From Candidatus Kerfeldbacteria bacterium (GTDB lineage Bacteria; Patescibacteriota; Patescibacteriia; UBA9570; XYC2-FULL-38-9), in NCBI GenBank assembly GCA_016182555.1, contig JACPGJ010000004.1, positions 14,751 through 78,750 of the forward strand: a stretch of DNA of 64,000 nucleotides, in the 5' to 3' direction. The notes beneath the pieces are model-generated. The model had not been told where the DNA came from and ran no database searches. It was given only the letters and a program-made list of their open reading frames with translations. Below are positions 20,382 to 29,344 of this stretch, one piece after another. Position 1 is the first letter of the stretch. Every line of letters starts with the position of its first letter. The position numbers and the translations under genes were made by a program.

Positions 20382-23313
20382 TGGGACCGGTGAAACCACC
20401 GAACGGGAAAAGTGTTTTTTCTAAAATACCGCCTGTCGCATTAAATACTTGAATCGTCGCTTGGCGGTCACCATTACTACCAACCACAATACGGTCGCTC
20501 CCAATTTGCGAAATATTTCCGGCCGCAATCGTACCGCCTCCGGTATAGGTTTGCACAAAACCGAAGAACCCTGGTTGCACCAACCGTGCATGACCATTGG
20601 CATTCATTCGGAATCGTTGCACAAGCACCTTTCCATTTACTGGTGTCGTCACCATATCTTCTTGCGCACTCCCACTACGCGCGACAGATGCCAAACGAAT
20701 ACCATCTTGCCCGAGATTATTTTCATACGGAGTAAATCGATCGAGTAATTTGCCAGTACTTGAAAAAATAAACACTTGCCCATGCCCACCCGCATCTTGT
20801 GCTACGGCAATTTCATCAGAACCAATGCCATCCCAATTGACCGCGGTAATAAATGCGCCAGTCAATAGTGAACGATCAAAGGCAAAAAAAGAATCTTGTT
20901 TTTTCCCATCTGCGTCAAACAGTCGCACTTCCGCTGGCCGTCCCGGCCCAGGTACGGTCGCGATTTCATCAATACCATCCGCATCAAAATCACCCACGGC
21001 AACACGCACTCCACCAGTGAATAATTTTTCATACGCGTTAAAATGAGCCACTTCACGGCCACTAGCTTCAAATATTTTCACGGTCGGGACACCACTCCCA
21101 GCCGCAGTCATCACTTCATCATGCAAATCACCATCTGTGTCACCTACGGCTGTTTCCATACGCGTCATACTTCCCGGTGCAAATGGTTGAAATGTTTTTT
21201 CGTACGTATTCGATTTTATGTTATACACGCGCACCGTCGGCACATCGTTATAGACGCTAGAAATCACCAAGCGTTCACGGGGTGTAAAGCGAATCGTTTT
21301 CTTTTTTGACACAGCAGTGTTGTCTAAATCATCCACCGCTTGAACTTGGTAGAGATATCGAGCGCCTGGTTTTACTTTTTTATCAATAAACGCTTTCTTC
21401 GGTTGCTTGACCGTGGCAATACGACGTAATGGTTCAACGGCACTCAGATGTGAATCATTATCGCGTTTCACAACACGAGTACGCAATACACGATACTGCG
21501 TAACATGTTCATTCCGTACCTTTGCCCATGAAACTTTCACACCATTACTGGTTTTCTGCAATGTCACCTGCTGTGGTTTTGCCACGCTCGTATCGATAAT
21601 ATAGGTCAATGCTGCAGCTGAATTTGAACGATTGCCCACACCATCTTCTGCCACAACACGCAGATAATATTGTACTTGATCACCGGAAATTTCTTCCGGT
21701 GAAAACGTCGTGCCCGTTTGAAATGTCCCTTTATTCACTGGCTTCGCATGTTGATCTTTTCCAAAATACACATAATACCCTGCAATACCATCATCATCCG
21801 AAACAGCAGACCAGGTAAAATACGGCGTGGTCTCGCTGCTACGTGTGTTTTGTTTGATTGCAGTCTTCTTCTTGCTGTCTATATACGCTTTCATATTGCT
21901 TGGCGCATCTGGGTTGTCGGCAAGAGCAATCCCCTCTACCGCAGCGGCCGCATCTACACGACCAGTGCCGTACGCACTACCCATATCTATATCATCAGCA
22001 GTGAGAGTAATAACGTCATGCAATTCGCTGATGCTCAGTGTCGGATCTTGCGATAATAATAACGTAGCCACGCCACTCACCACGGGTGTTGCCATAGATG
22101 TCCCTGATAGTTCTCCATACAAATTATCAAATCCATATCCATTATCATCGCTATAAAAAGTGGAATAAATATATTCACCGGGCGCCGCAACATCAACACA
22201 TGCATCGCCATAATTTGAAAAAGTAGATGCTTCTCCTGCTTCAGATGTCGATGCCACACCAATGACTTGCGGATAACAGATCGGGTAAAATTCGTTCTGG
22301 TTAATATTCACTCCATCGTTGCCAGCAGCGGCAATCACCGCTACACCGTGATCAATGGCGTAATTCACTCCTTCTTCTAAAACATCTGTTGAACCATATC
22401 CTCCCAAACTCATGTGTACAATGTTTGCCCCATTATCAACAGCATATTGAATACCGGCCGCAATCGCACTATCGGTTCCAGCACCTTCATCATCGAGTAC
22501 TTGCACAGCCATAAGAGAAGCATGCCACGCGACACCACTCAGACCAACACCGTTATCACCAACAGCGGCCACAATTCCTGCCACGTGTGTACCATGAGTG
22601 ACGCCCGTATCAGCACCCGCATAACCGTCGTTATCACGACCATCTGGTGACGGACTAGGATTACCATTATCATCCACAAAATCGTATCCATTCACATCAT
22701 CGACATAGCCATTCCCATCATCATCAATATCATTATCAGGAATTTCTCCATCATTCACCCACAAATTGTCGGCAATATCCGGGTGATCGGTATCGACGCC
22801 GGTATCGATAATCGCCACAACCACATTACGTGAACCTGTTTGCGTATCCCAAGCCTCAGCGGCGTTAATTCCTCCAGCCGCCGCTTCTTGCAAATGCCAC
22901 TGATCGGAAAAATTGGGGTCATCGGGGAGTACCGTGATATGACGAAGCTGATCTTGTTGAACATTCGCAATACCTGGAGTGTGTTGTAATTCTTTCATCA
23001 GCTGTGCACGGGCATCTACATTTTCGGCCGTCACTGTAATAAATGTCTTCCCATTGAGTTGGGTAATCTGGTCTGCATGCTGAACAATGGTGCGGTACAG
23101 TGCCAGGTTATGTGCGGCAAGCGCTGCCACACCAAAGGCAGATGGCCGATATTCAATAACCAACGTATTGGTGATATCTGTGGCAGGCAGGGTAGACCCT
23201 TCGGTTTTGGCATAGCTGGTAGCTGGTAAAAATAAAAAAACAAGCAGCAGTAGGCATGCTCGAAAAATCAAAATATGCTTTATTTGTGTTAAAAAAGAAG
23301 ATAACCTCCTCAT
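20353..23313 (-). CDS. Secreted S8 subtilisin-like serine protease with FN3-like and FG-GAP/VCBS-like repeats
   Basis: Signal peptide; triad IDTG, HGTHVAG, SGTSMATP; repeats VAVGDFDADGIDEI, GDTDGDLHDE. Confidence 0.92.
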   Translation of the reverse strand: MRRLSSFLTQIKHILIFRACLLLLVFLFLPATSYAKTEGSTLPATDITNTLVIEYRPSAFGVAALAAHNLALYRTIVQHADQITQLNGKTFITVTAENVDARAQLMKELQHTPGIANVQQDQLRHITVLPDDPNFSDQWHLQEAAAGGINAAEAWDTQTGSRNVVVAIIDTGVDTDHPDIADNLWVNDGEIPDNDIDDDGNGYVDDVNGYDFVDDNGNPSPSPDGRDNDGYAGADTGVTHGTHVAGIVAAVGDNGVGLSGVAWHASLMAVQVLDDEGAGTDSAIAAGIQYAVDNGANIVHMSLGGYGSTDVLEEGVNYAIDHGVAVIAAAGNDGVNINQNEFYPICYPQVIGVASTSEAGEASTFSNYGDACVDVAAPGEYIYSTFYSDDNGYGFDNLYGELSGTSMATPVVSGVATLLLSQDPTLSISELHDVITLTADDIDMGSAYGTGRVDAAAAVEGIALADNPDAPSNMKAYIDSKKKTAIKQNTRSSETTPYFTWSAVSDDDGIAGYYVYFGKDQHAKPVNKGTFQTGTTFSPEEISGDQVQYYLRVVAEDGVGNRSNSAAALTYIIDTSVAKPQQVTLQKTSNGVKVSWAKVRNEHVTQYRVLRTRVVKRDNDSHLSAVEPLRRIATVKQPKKAFIDKKVKPGARYLYQVQAVDDLDNTAVSKKKTIRFTPRERLVISSVYNDVPTVRVYNIKSNTYEKTFQPFAPGSMTRMETAVGDTDGDLHDEVMTAAGSGVPTVKIFEASGREVAHFNAYEKLFTGGVRVAVGDFDADGIDEIATVPGPGRPAEVRLFDADGKKQDSFFAFDRSLLTGAFITAVNWDGIGSDEIAVAQDAGGHGQVFIFSSTGKLLDRFTPYENNLGQDGIRLASVARSGSAQEDMVTTPVNGKVLVQRFRMNANGHARLVQPGFFGFVQTYTGGGTIAAGNISQIGSDRIVVGSNGDRQATIQVFNATGGILEKTLFPFGGFTGPITVASGWVY

Positions 23314-23376
23314 ACATAATACATTCTACCATTTTTTTGAATCTTTTGCAAATTTTTATATGAAAAAAAGCTTATT

Positions 23377-23461
23377 TTCGGTTTTTATTCGGTTATCCAC
23401 AGGTAATATTTGACGTTCGGTTTTTATTCGGATATAGTGGTTTTACCGAATAATAACCGAA
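23377..23461 (+). promoter_or_regulatory. lexA promoter (TTGACG-17-TATAGT) with three TTCGG-N6-TTCGG boxes and a perfect DnaA box
   Basis: Boxes at 23377-23392, 23416-23431 and 23446-23461 (inverted); -35 23410-23415, -10 23433-23438; TTATCCACA 23393-23401. Confidence 0.8.
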
Positions 23462-23468
23462 TATCTCT

Positions 23469-24095
23469 ATGAGCAAAATTCTGCCAAAAAAGAAACAACA
23501 AGTTCTAAAATATCTCGCTGAGTTTATGAAAGAACATGGCTATGCTCCCCCACTCACAACTATTGCCGCACACTTTGGTCTTTCATCTACCGCCACCGTA
23601 CATGAACACATCGAATATCTCGAACAACACGGCTTTCTCACACGCGTGAATGGTGAAATGGAAATTGTAAAAAAAACAAATACGCAATTGAAGGAAGAAA
23701 CATATATGCCGGGGAGTGCATTTCAACTCCCTGTTGTCGGGCTTATTACCGCAGGCAGTCCCATTGAAGCGATTGAAGATCGCAGTGAAATATTAAGCGT
23801 GCCACGCGAACTCGCTCGCAATCCCAATTCGTATATTTTGAAGGTAAAAGGTGATTCAATGATTGAGAGCTTTATTGATGACGGAGATTTCGTGGTTGTT
23901 CAGAAACAAGATTATGCACGTGATGGAGATATTGTGGTCGCACTACTTGATGATGGGTCCGCAACGTTGAAAGAATATCATAAAGAAAAACGCTATGTTC
24001 GTTTGCAACCGCGCAATGCCAACTACGATCCTATTCGCGTAAAGAGCGTCGTCATTCAAGGAAAAGTCGTCGGCATCATTCGTCGCTTTCAATAA
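23469..24095 (+). CDS. lexA: SOS repressor LexA
   Basis: N-terminal wHTH (GYAPP...HFGLSSTATVHEH), TAGSP cleavage site, KGDSMI (Ser), ATLK (Lys). Confidence 0.95.
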   Translation: MSKILPKKKQQVLKYLAEFMKEHGYAPPLTTIAAHFGLSSTATVHEHIEYLEQHGFLTRVNGEMEIVKKTNTQLKEETYMPGSAFQLPVVGLITAGSPIEAIEDRSEILSVPRELARNPNSYILKVKGDSMIESFIDDGDFVVVQKQDYARDGDIVVALLDDGSATLKEYHKEKRYVRLQPRNANYDPIRVKSVVIQGKVVGIIRRFQ

Positions 24096-24107
24096 ATATC
24101 ATCACTT

Positions 24108-24416
24108 ATGTCATTCGCACAAAATACCCCTATACAATTTCTGCCTGGTATTGGCGTACGAACCGCCCACGTGTTGCATGAATTAGATATTCATACGGCT
24201 GGGCAGTTAGCGCGCATTCCAGAAAAAATGTTAATTGAATTATTTGGCCCAAGTATTCGTTCTGTGCTCATGCTTGTGCATGGAACAACAAAAACGTTAC
24301 CCATCATGCAAAAAAAATTTAGCCCACGTGTCACAGTTGAAACGACACATATGCGACCAAAAAAAACATTCTTTCGGCGTTTACAACTCGCAACACAATT
24401 TATTGGCATGCTCTAA
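24108..24416 (+). CDS. Small helix-hairpin-helix protein resembling the DinB/UmuC thumb
   Basis: PIQFLPGIGVRTAHVLHELDIHTAGQLA...LIELFG. Confidence 0.65.
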   Translation: MSFAQNTPIQFLPGIGVRTAHVLHELDIHTAGQLARIPEKMLIELFGPSIRSVLMLVHGTTKTLPIMQKKFSPRVTVETTHMRPKKTFFRRLQLATQFIGML

Positions 24417-24488
24417 ATATCTCTGTTGGAGGAATACGAAGATGCGTTTCTGGCCGCATGCTATGAACAAATTTTAATATCAAATCCA

Positions 24489-24944
24489 ATGACACAAAAC
24501 ACTCATGAAACACGGCCTACACTCCGTGCTGCTGCCCATGTATTTCTTCGCAAAGGCAATGAAGTATTATTGTTGCGCCGATATCAAACCGGATATGAAG
24601 ATGGGAATTACAGCACGATTGCGGGGCATGTAGAAAACGGAGAAAGCTGTACCGAAACCGCCATACGTGAAGCTAAAGAAGAAGCGGGTGTGCAATTGCG
24701 AAAAGAAGATTTACAGCTGGTGCATATTATGCATCGCAACGGCCTGAATTTTGATAGCATTGATACATTTTTTGTCGCCAAACGTTGGGATGGTGAGCCA
24801 AAAAATGTTGAACCAGAAAAAAGCGACGACGTGCGCTGGTATCCAGTCGATGCACTACCTGAAAACACCATTCCCTATATTCGCGCTGCACTCCAACAAA
24901 TTGACTCCCCTCTCACCTACAGCGAATTTGGTTGGCACAATTAA
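24489..24944 (+). CDS. NUDIX hydrolase
   Basis: Nudix box AGHVENGESCTETAIREAKEEAG; start MTQN at 24489. Confidence 0.92.
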   Translation: MTQNTHETRPTLRAAAHVFLRKGNEVLLLRRYQTGYEDGNYSTIAGHVENGESCTETAIREAKEEAGVQLRKEDLQLVHIMHRNGLNFDSIDTFFVAKRWDGEPKNVEPEKSDDVRWYPVDALPENTIPYIRAALQQIDSPLTYSEFGWHN

Positions 24945-24952
24945 AAAATTTA

Positions 24953-25795
24953 TCATTGAAACGAAGAATGATGAAAGGCTTTTTTAAACATACGCTGTAA
25001 TCGTGCGGCTTTTTTTGAATTGTGTGAAATGATTAACTTGCTTCTCCCTGCCGATTCAACAATATGACGCAAATCAATTGCACACTGCGTATTCAATTGT
25101 TTTGTTGTCCGATAAAATGCATCGACACGTTGAGCAATATATTTATCAATTCGTACTTCAATAATAAAATTGCCAATCATGTTCATATAATACTGTTGCG
25201 GGAATACTGGTGTTGGTCGCATATAATATTGCACATGAGTTCCATCAGCAAACTTTGCCATAGCGCGATCTAGTGGGGTGTGTGCACCAACAGTCATAAA
25301 GAATGGATGATGTGTACGACGTGCATGGTCAATCAATGCTTGCTCACTATTATAGCGTGCAATCATAAACCACCAATGCGGATTATATAAATATAATGGA
25401 TCTGTTGCCGGAAATGTTTCGAGCAATACGAACAGTACATGGGTCCAAAACACATCCGTGCTTGCGGGACTTTGAAAATAGTATTGAATTTTTTCTCCAT
25501 CTTGAAGATCAAGAAAATGACCCGTGCCTTGCTCGGAATGGGTATATTGATGTTCCGCAATAGAAAAAAAACGATTCATCTCTTTTAACCAGCGTATATT
25601 CAGTGATGCAGCACCATTGTGAATAACAACCATTTCCGATTTTTTCAAATTCCGTAATGCAGCATAGACGGCTTGTTTAGTGGTCTGTGGACGTGTGGAT
25701 TGTACAACCTTTATCATATCTAAAATGAGTATCGGCCCTTGTTGAAGGTAGACGATAATCAAATCTTCAATACGTTGTTTGCTATGCAATTTCAT
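24953..25795 (-). CDS. Putative wHTH transcriptional regulator / hypothetical protein
   Basis: N-terminal TTKQAVYAALRNLKKSEMV wHTH-like segment; divergent from the next gene. Confidence 0.5.
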   Translation of the reverse strand: MKLHSKQRIEDLIIVYLQQGPILILDMIKVVQSTRPQTTKQAVYAALRNLKKSEMVVIHNGAASLNIRWLKEMNRFFSIAEHQYTHSEQGTGHFLDLQDGEKIQYYFQSPASTDVFWTHVLFVLLETFPATDPLYLYNPHWWFMIARYNSEQALIDHARRTHHPFFMTVGAHTPLDRAMAKFADGTHVQYYMRPTPVFPQQYYMNMIGNFIIEVRIDKYIAQRVDAFYRTTKQLNTQCAIDLRHIVESAGRSKLIISHNSKKAARLQRMFKKAFHHSSFQ

Positions 25796-25924
25796 GCATA
25801 ACACTATAACAGAAAAAAGTATTTGAGTAAAAACATTTTTTACTGCGCCCCTCTTTTATCATTATGTCTTGCCTAAAATGAATACCCCATTCAGGATGGA
25901 CGGGTACAATATATTTCTACCATT

Positions 25925-26290
25925 ATGAAACACTTATCAACCTGGAAAAATTTAGCTCCACAGCTTGTGCGTCAACGTATTCTTATTGAGGGAACAACAA
26001 AACACATTGTTGATCCGGAGCTCATTAAAAAATATTTACTCGCTCTGTCAACATGTGTACAAATGCGGCCACTACAACAGCCATTTTCCTACCCAGCAGA
26101 AAACATGGGGTATGGCGGATGGATCCATTGGATCACCTCTGGTGCGCATTTTTATTCGTATCCAACGAATCCTCCACTATTTACTGTAGATGCGTATACA
26201 TGCAAACCATTCGATGCTGAAGTGGCCGCTGAATTTACTCGTGACTATCTTCATGCTATCGAAATCGTTTGGAAAGAAATTGAGGTTTAA
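25925..26290 (+). CDS. S-adenosylmethionine decarboxylase-family (pyruvoyl) proenzyme, divergent
   Basis: GYGGWIHWITSGAHFYSYP...TVDAYTCKPFD aligns with the SpeD ESH...HTWP...DVFTC pattern. Confidence 0.7.
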   Translation: MKHLSTWKNLAPQLVRQRILIEGTTKHIVDPELIKKYLLALSTCVQMRPLQQPFSYPAENMGYGGWIHWITSGAHFYSYPTNPPLFTVDAYTCKPFDAEVAAEFTRDYLHAIEIVWKEIEV

Positions 26291-26299
26291 ATAATCATG

Positions 26300-27100
26300 C
26301 TAAAACAAGCTGCCTTGGTGCGCAAACACAGCACCGGTGTCGGCAATATTCCACACATTGGCGAGCGTGAATTTACTTTTGTTATTGAGCAGATGACAGT
26401 ATGCCTCAAACCGTTCGCCATCAAATGAAAGTATTTCAATTTTGCGCTTCGTTATTTTAGCTTTTCCTGCTTCGTCTACTTCAAAATATTCAATGTCGAG
26501 CTGTTGATGTTTTTTAAAGGCCTCGGCTAATTGTTCACGAATAGATGGTGTGCGACCCCATGGAATTTCAATCGGTCGACGTTCGCCACCTGCGGGATAA
26601 TAAATGCGACCGTGTCGTAAACCGTATTCATACACATCTCGAGTTACCGCAACGTCGTCTAAACAATATTTTGCCAACGCATCCATATTCCCTTCGCGGT
26701 ACCACCGAATGGCATCCAAACCGCTCGCCGATTTTCCGGTATGAATCGTTGCTTGTGCCACATTATCCAGTTTCACCCGGTGACCCAATACTTTTTCAAT
26801 TTCTTTCAAAATATCGAGTTGCGGCAGACTGGCAAGTTTCAGTTGTTGAAAATAGGGCTGCAATACAGGCACGTCAAAATGAATGGAGTTAAAGCCAATG
26901 AGCAGTGGTTGTTCTTTAATGAGTATTTTTTCCAGTATCGGCAGGTCATCTTCAAAAAAACCAAATAGTTTCTGCTGCGAGTATGAATACACACCAACAT
27001 ACGACACGCCCAATTTTTCGCGATTTTGCACACCACCCACCTCGTCAAATGTTTTTTGGGTTTCGATATCGAAGACGATGATGTTTTGTGGGTTGATCAT
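26300..27100 (-). CDS. RNase H-like (DEDD, YprB-type) 3'-5' exonuclease fused to a C-terminal WYL-like domain
   Basis: VFDIET, GFNSIHFD, YCLDDV; tail LDIEY...TKRKIE...FEAYCHL...FTLANV. Confidence 0.75.
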   Translation of the reverse strand: MINPQNIIVFDIETQKTFDEVGGVQNREKLGVSYVGVYSYSQQKLFGFFEDDLPILEKILIKEQPLLIGFNSIHFDVPVLQPYFQQLKLASLPQLDILKEIEKVLGHRVKLDNVAQATIHTGKSASGLDAIRWYREGNMDALAKYCLDDVAVTRDVYEYGLRHGRIYYPAGGERRPIEIPWGRTPSIREQLAEAFKKHQQLDIEYFEVDEAGKAKITKRKIEILSFDGERFEAYCHLLNNKSKFTLANVWNIADTGAVFAHQGSLF

Positions 27101-27116
27101 AAACCAGATAGTACCA

Positions 27117-27899
27117 TTACCACTCAACGTTTTCAAGAAAAGACGGGAACCCCTCTACGCGGTCTGTATCCGCTGGTGAAAATAAGAATGGTTGAACATC
27201 TTGCGCTAAATCACCAAAATCTAATGTGCGGCAGTGTGCAAGTAATCGCTCTTTCACCTGTTGTGGCTCACCAGTACCAATCTTTTCTTCCAGATAGGCA
27301 TAGCTTGGTTTTGTGCGCGCACTTAAAAATACGATATCAAAAAAATCTCTTCCTTTTGCACGCTTTCGTTCAAGCGCAGCAAGAATTTTTTGTGCTAATA
27401 GTAAATCGAGCGGTGTCACAAAAATTTGTGCAAATATATCAAATTTATTGATCTCTTTTTGATCTGGTGTATATACAAAATGGTGTGGTGCGGAATCAAT
27501 TTGAATGAGAATTTTTTCTTCTGTCTTTTCTGAGAGTTGATTATCGAATAATACTCGTGGGAATTTCATATAACAACGGTAAGCACCTTTTGCGATATGG
27601 CGCATTTCAACAATATACCCTTCCAATTCCAAATCGCGTTTTACTAACTGCGCAATCTCTTGAAAATCGTGTTCACTTAATCCAAAATGATCAAAGTCCA
27701 AATCTTCGGAGAAGCGAGTATTGTTGTACACAATGCGAAGAGCCGTACCGCCAAGAAATGACAACTGACGAGCGTATGGTGAGCGAAAAATACTGCGCAA
27801 TATTTTGTATTGCATGTATTCGCGCAATATGTGGCGCTTGAATTGACGCAAGTGCGGTGGATATTGTTGCTCAATTTCGGTGATGTTCAGCATAATCAA
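27117..27899 (-). CDS. abiEii: Type IV TA toxin, AbiEii nucleotidyltransferase
   Basis: FLGGTAL, RFSEDLDF, QKILA...RDFFD. Confidence 0.9.
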   Translation of the reverse strand: MIMLNITEIEQQYPPHLRQFKRHILREYMQYKILRSIFRSPYARQLSFLGGTALRIVYNNTRFSEDLDFDHFGLSEHDFQEIAQLVKRDLELEGYIVEMRHIAKGAYRCYMKFPRVLFDNQLSEKTEEKILIQIDSAPHHFVYTPDQKEINKFDIFAQIFVTPLDLLLAQKILAALERKRAKGRDFFDIVFLSARTKPSYAYLEEKIGTGEPQQVKERLLAHCRTLDFGDLAQDVQPFLFSPADTDRVEGFPSFLENVEW

Positions 27900-28506
27900 T
27901 AGATGTTAAAAAATGATGTATACGTTTTTCAAGCGCTGGACTATGAAATTCTTCAAGATAGCGAAATAATTTTTGACTATCTATGCTCTCTGTGCATTCT
28001 TGTTCATTAAAACGCATGCCTTCCATGTCTTCGAGCGTATTCAGATGCGAATGAATGTAGAAATAATCAAGGATTGTTTTTTCTGGTTCAGCCATGCGTA
28101 TGGTTCGTCCGTGATATTGCGCTAAATGATAGCCAAAAAATAACGCTGGTTTGATTGTGTGATAAAAAAAAGTTGTATGTAATGCATTCCGTAGTGTCGC
28201 TGTTTTTTTTGTTGTCGCAGACGTAATGCTATAGACTCCTTCCGGAATAAAACCATAATACGACAAGGCGCTTTCAAAAGAAACATAGGAGGGTGAATAG
28301 ACGGTATTGGCAATAAAAAAGAGGGTTTGTTCGTTCAATGGCAAGTCAGAAAAAATATAATACCCTCGAGCCACCCGCTGAATATAGCCTTTTTTGAACC
28401 ATTGCGTTAACTGCTTCTTGTCAAAATTTGGCTCAAGTAAGCGAATATCTGCAATAGAAAACACACCATATTTCTGAAATTTTTCCTTAAATTGAATATA
28501 ATTCAT
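27871..28506 (-). CDS. abiEi: Type IV TA antitoxin AbiEi
   Basis: GYIQRVARGYY wHTH, PSYVSFESALSYYGFIPE, AEPEKTILD; overlaps abiEii. Confidence 0.88.
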   Translation of the reverse strand: MNYIQFKEKFQKYGVFSIADIRLLEPNFDKKQLTQWFKKGYIQRVARGYYIFSDLPLNEQTLFFIANTVYSPSYVSFESALSYYGFIPEGVYSITSATTKKTATLRNALHTTFFYHTIKPALFFGYHLAQYHGRTIRMAEPEKTILDYFYIHSHLNTLEDMEGMRFNEQECTESIDSQKLFRYLEEFHSPALEKRIHHFLTSIDYAEHHRN

Positions 28507-28568
28507 TTCTATTGGATACTAAAAATAGTAACTAATGGAATTATATAGTATTCTACTGAGTATGTCAA
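28507..28568 (-). promoter_or_regulatory. Consensus promoter (TTGACA-17-TATAAT) of abiE with a 15-bp inverted-repeat operator
   Basis: -35 28563-28568, -10 28540-28545; TTCTATTGGATACTA 28507-28521 / TAGTAACTAATGGAA 28526-28540 (12 of 15 complementary). Confidence 0.75.
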
Positions 28569-28572
28569 TAAC

Positions 28573-29331
28573 CTACAACTCCCCGGCCTCGATCATCACT
28601 TCCACTTGCGCGCGGGCAGGGCAAATAGGTAAATAGTCACAGCTTTTGCAATAGGTATTTGGGGTTGGAGTAAATTCTTTTTCTTGGCGAATTTGTTCCA
28701 CTTGTTCTTTTACCAAATCGACAGCGGCTTCAGCCTCTTCTTGGCTAATATCCACGGAGTGCCATTCCCAGGTAGGCAAAAAGAGATAACTCGCTTTCGT
28801 GACTGGTCGTTTCTGATTGGCAGAAACGATGAGCGCATACAAAATCAATTGCAAATTCGACACATCGTCGGGGGTATACTTTCCGGTTTTGTAATCAATC
28901 ACGTGCAACGTACCATCTTCTAACTGGTCAGCGCGGTCAATGCGGCCAAGAATTTTGAGTGTTGGGTCAACTTCAATATCATAATAATCTTCTAACATTA
29001 CCGGCGTCACTTGCATATCCATGCGGTGCACAAATAAGCGCAACATATTCAGCGCTTTCACACCCCATTTTGCTTCGTCTTCGCGCGTGGCAAATCCTTT
29101 GCGGTTTTCCAACCAGCGTTTGCGTAACATTTTTTCGAGCCGTTCATACGTGCGGTCTTCGGGTTCGAGTTGTTCATAAAAATCTTTCAACGCATTGTGA
29201 ACATGCGCTCCCATGGTGAGGTATGGTTTCGGTTTTTTGTATTCTTTGTCCAAGTGGTCAATATACGAAAACTTGTACTGCTGCGGGCAAGTTTCGTACA
29301 TGCGCAATTTAAATGGCGAGGCTTTGAACAT
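28573..29331 (-). CDS. PD-(D/E)XK RecB/AddB/Cas4-like nuclease with predicted Fe-S staple
   Basis: ETCP, GAHVHNAL, GRIDR, IDYKTG, QLILY, CKSCDYLPIC (1+3 Cys). Confidence 0.88.
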   Translation of the reverse strand: MFKASPFKLRMYETCPQQYKFSYIDHLDKEYKKPKPYLTMGAHVHNALKDFYEQLEPEDRTYERLEKMLRKRWLENRKGFATREDEAKWGVKALNMLRLFVHRMDMQVTPVMLEDYYDIEVDPTLKILGRIDRADQLEDGTLHVIDYKTGKYTPDDVSNLQLILYALIVSANQKRPVTKASYLFLPTWEWHSVDISQEEAEAAVDLVKEQVEQIRQEKEFTPTPNTYCKSCDYLPICPARAQVEVMIEAGEL

Positions 29332-29344
29332 AGGGGAAATATCA

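Noticed and set aside
28573-29331. CRISPR-associated Cas4 / CRISPR locus
   Set aside because: No cas1/cas2 and no repeat-spacer array in the window
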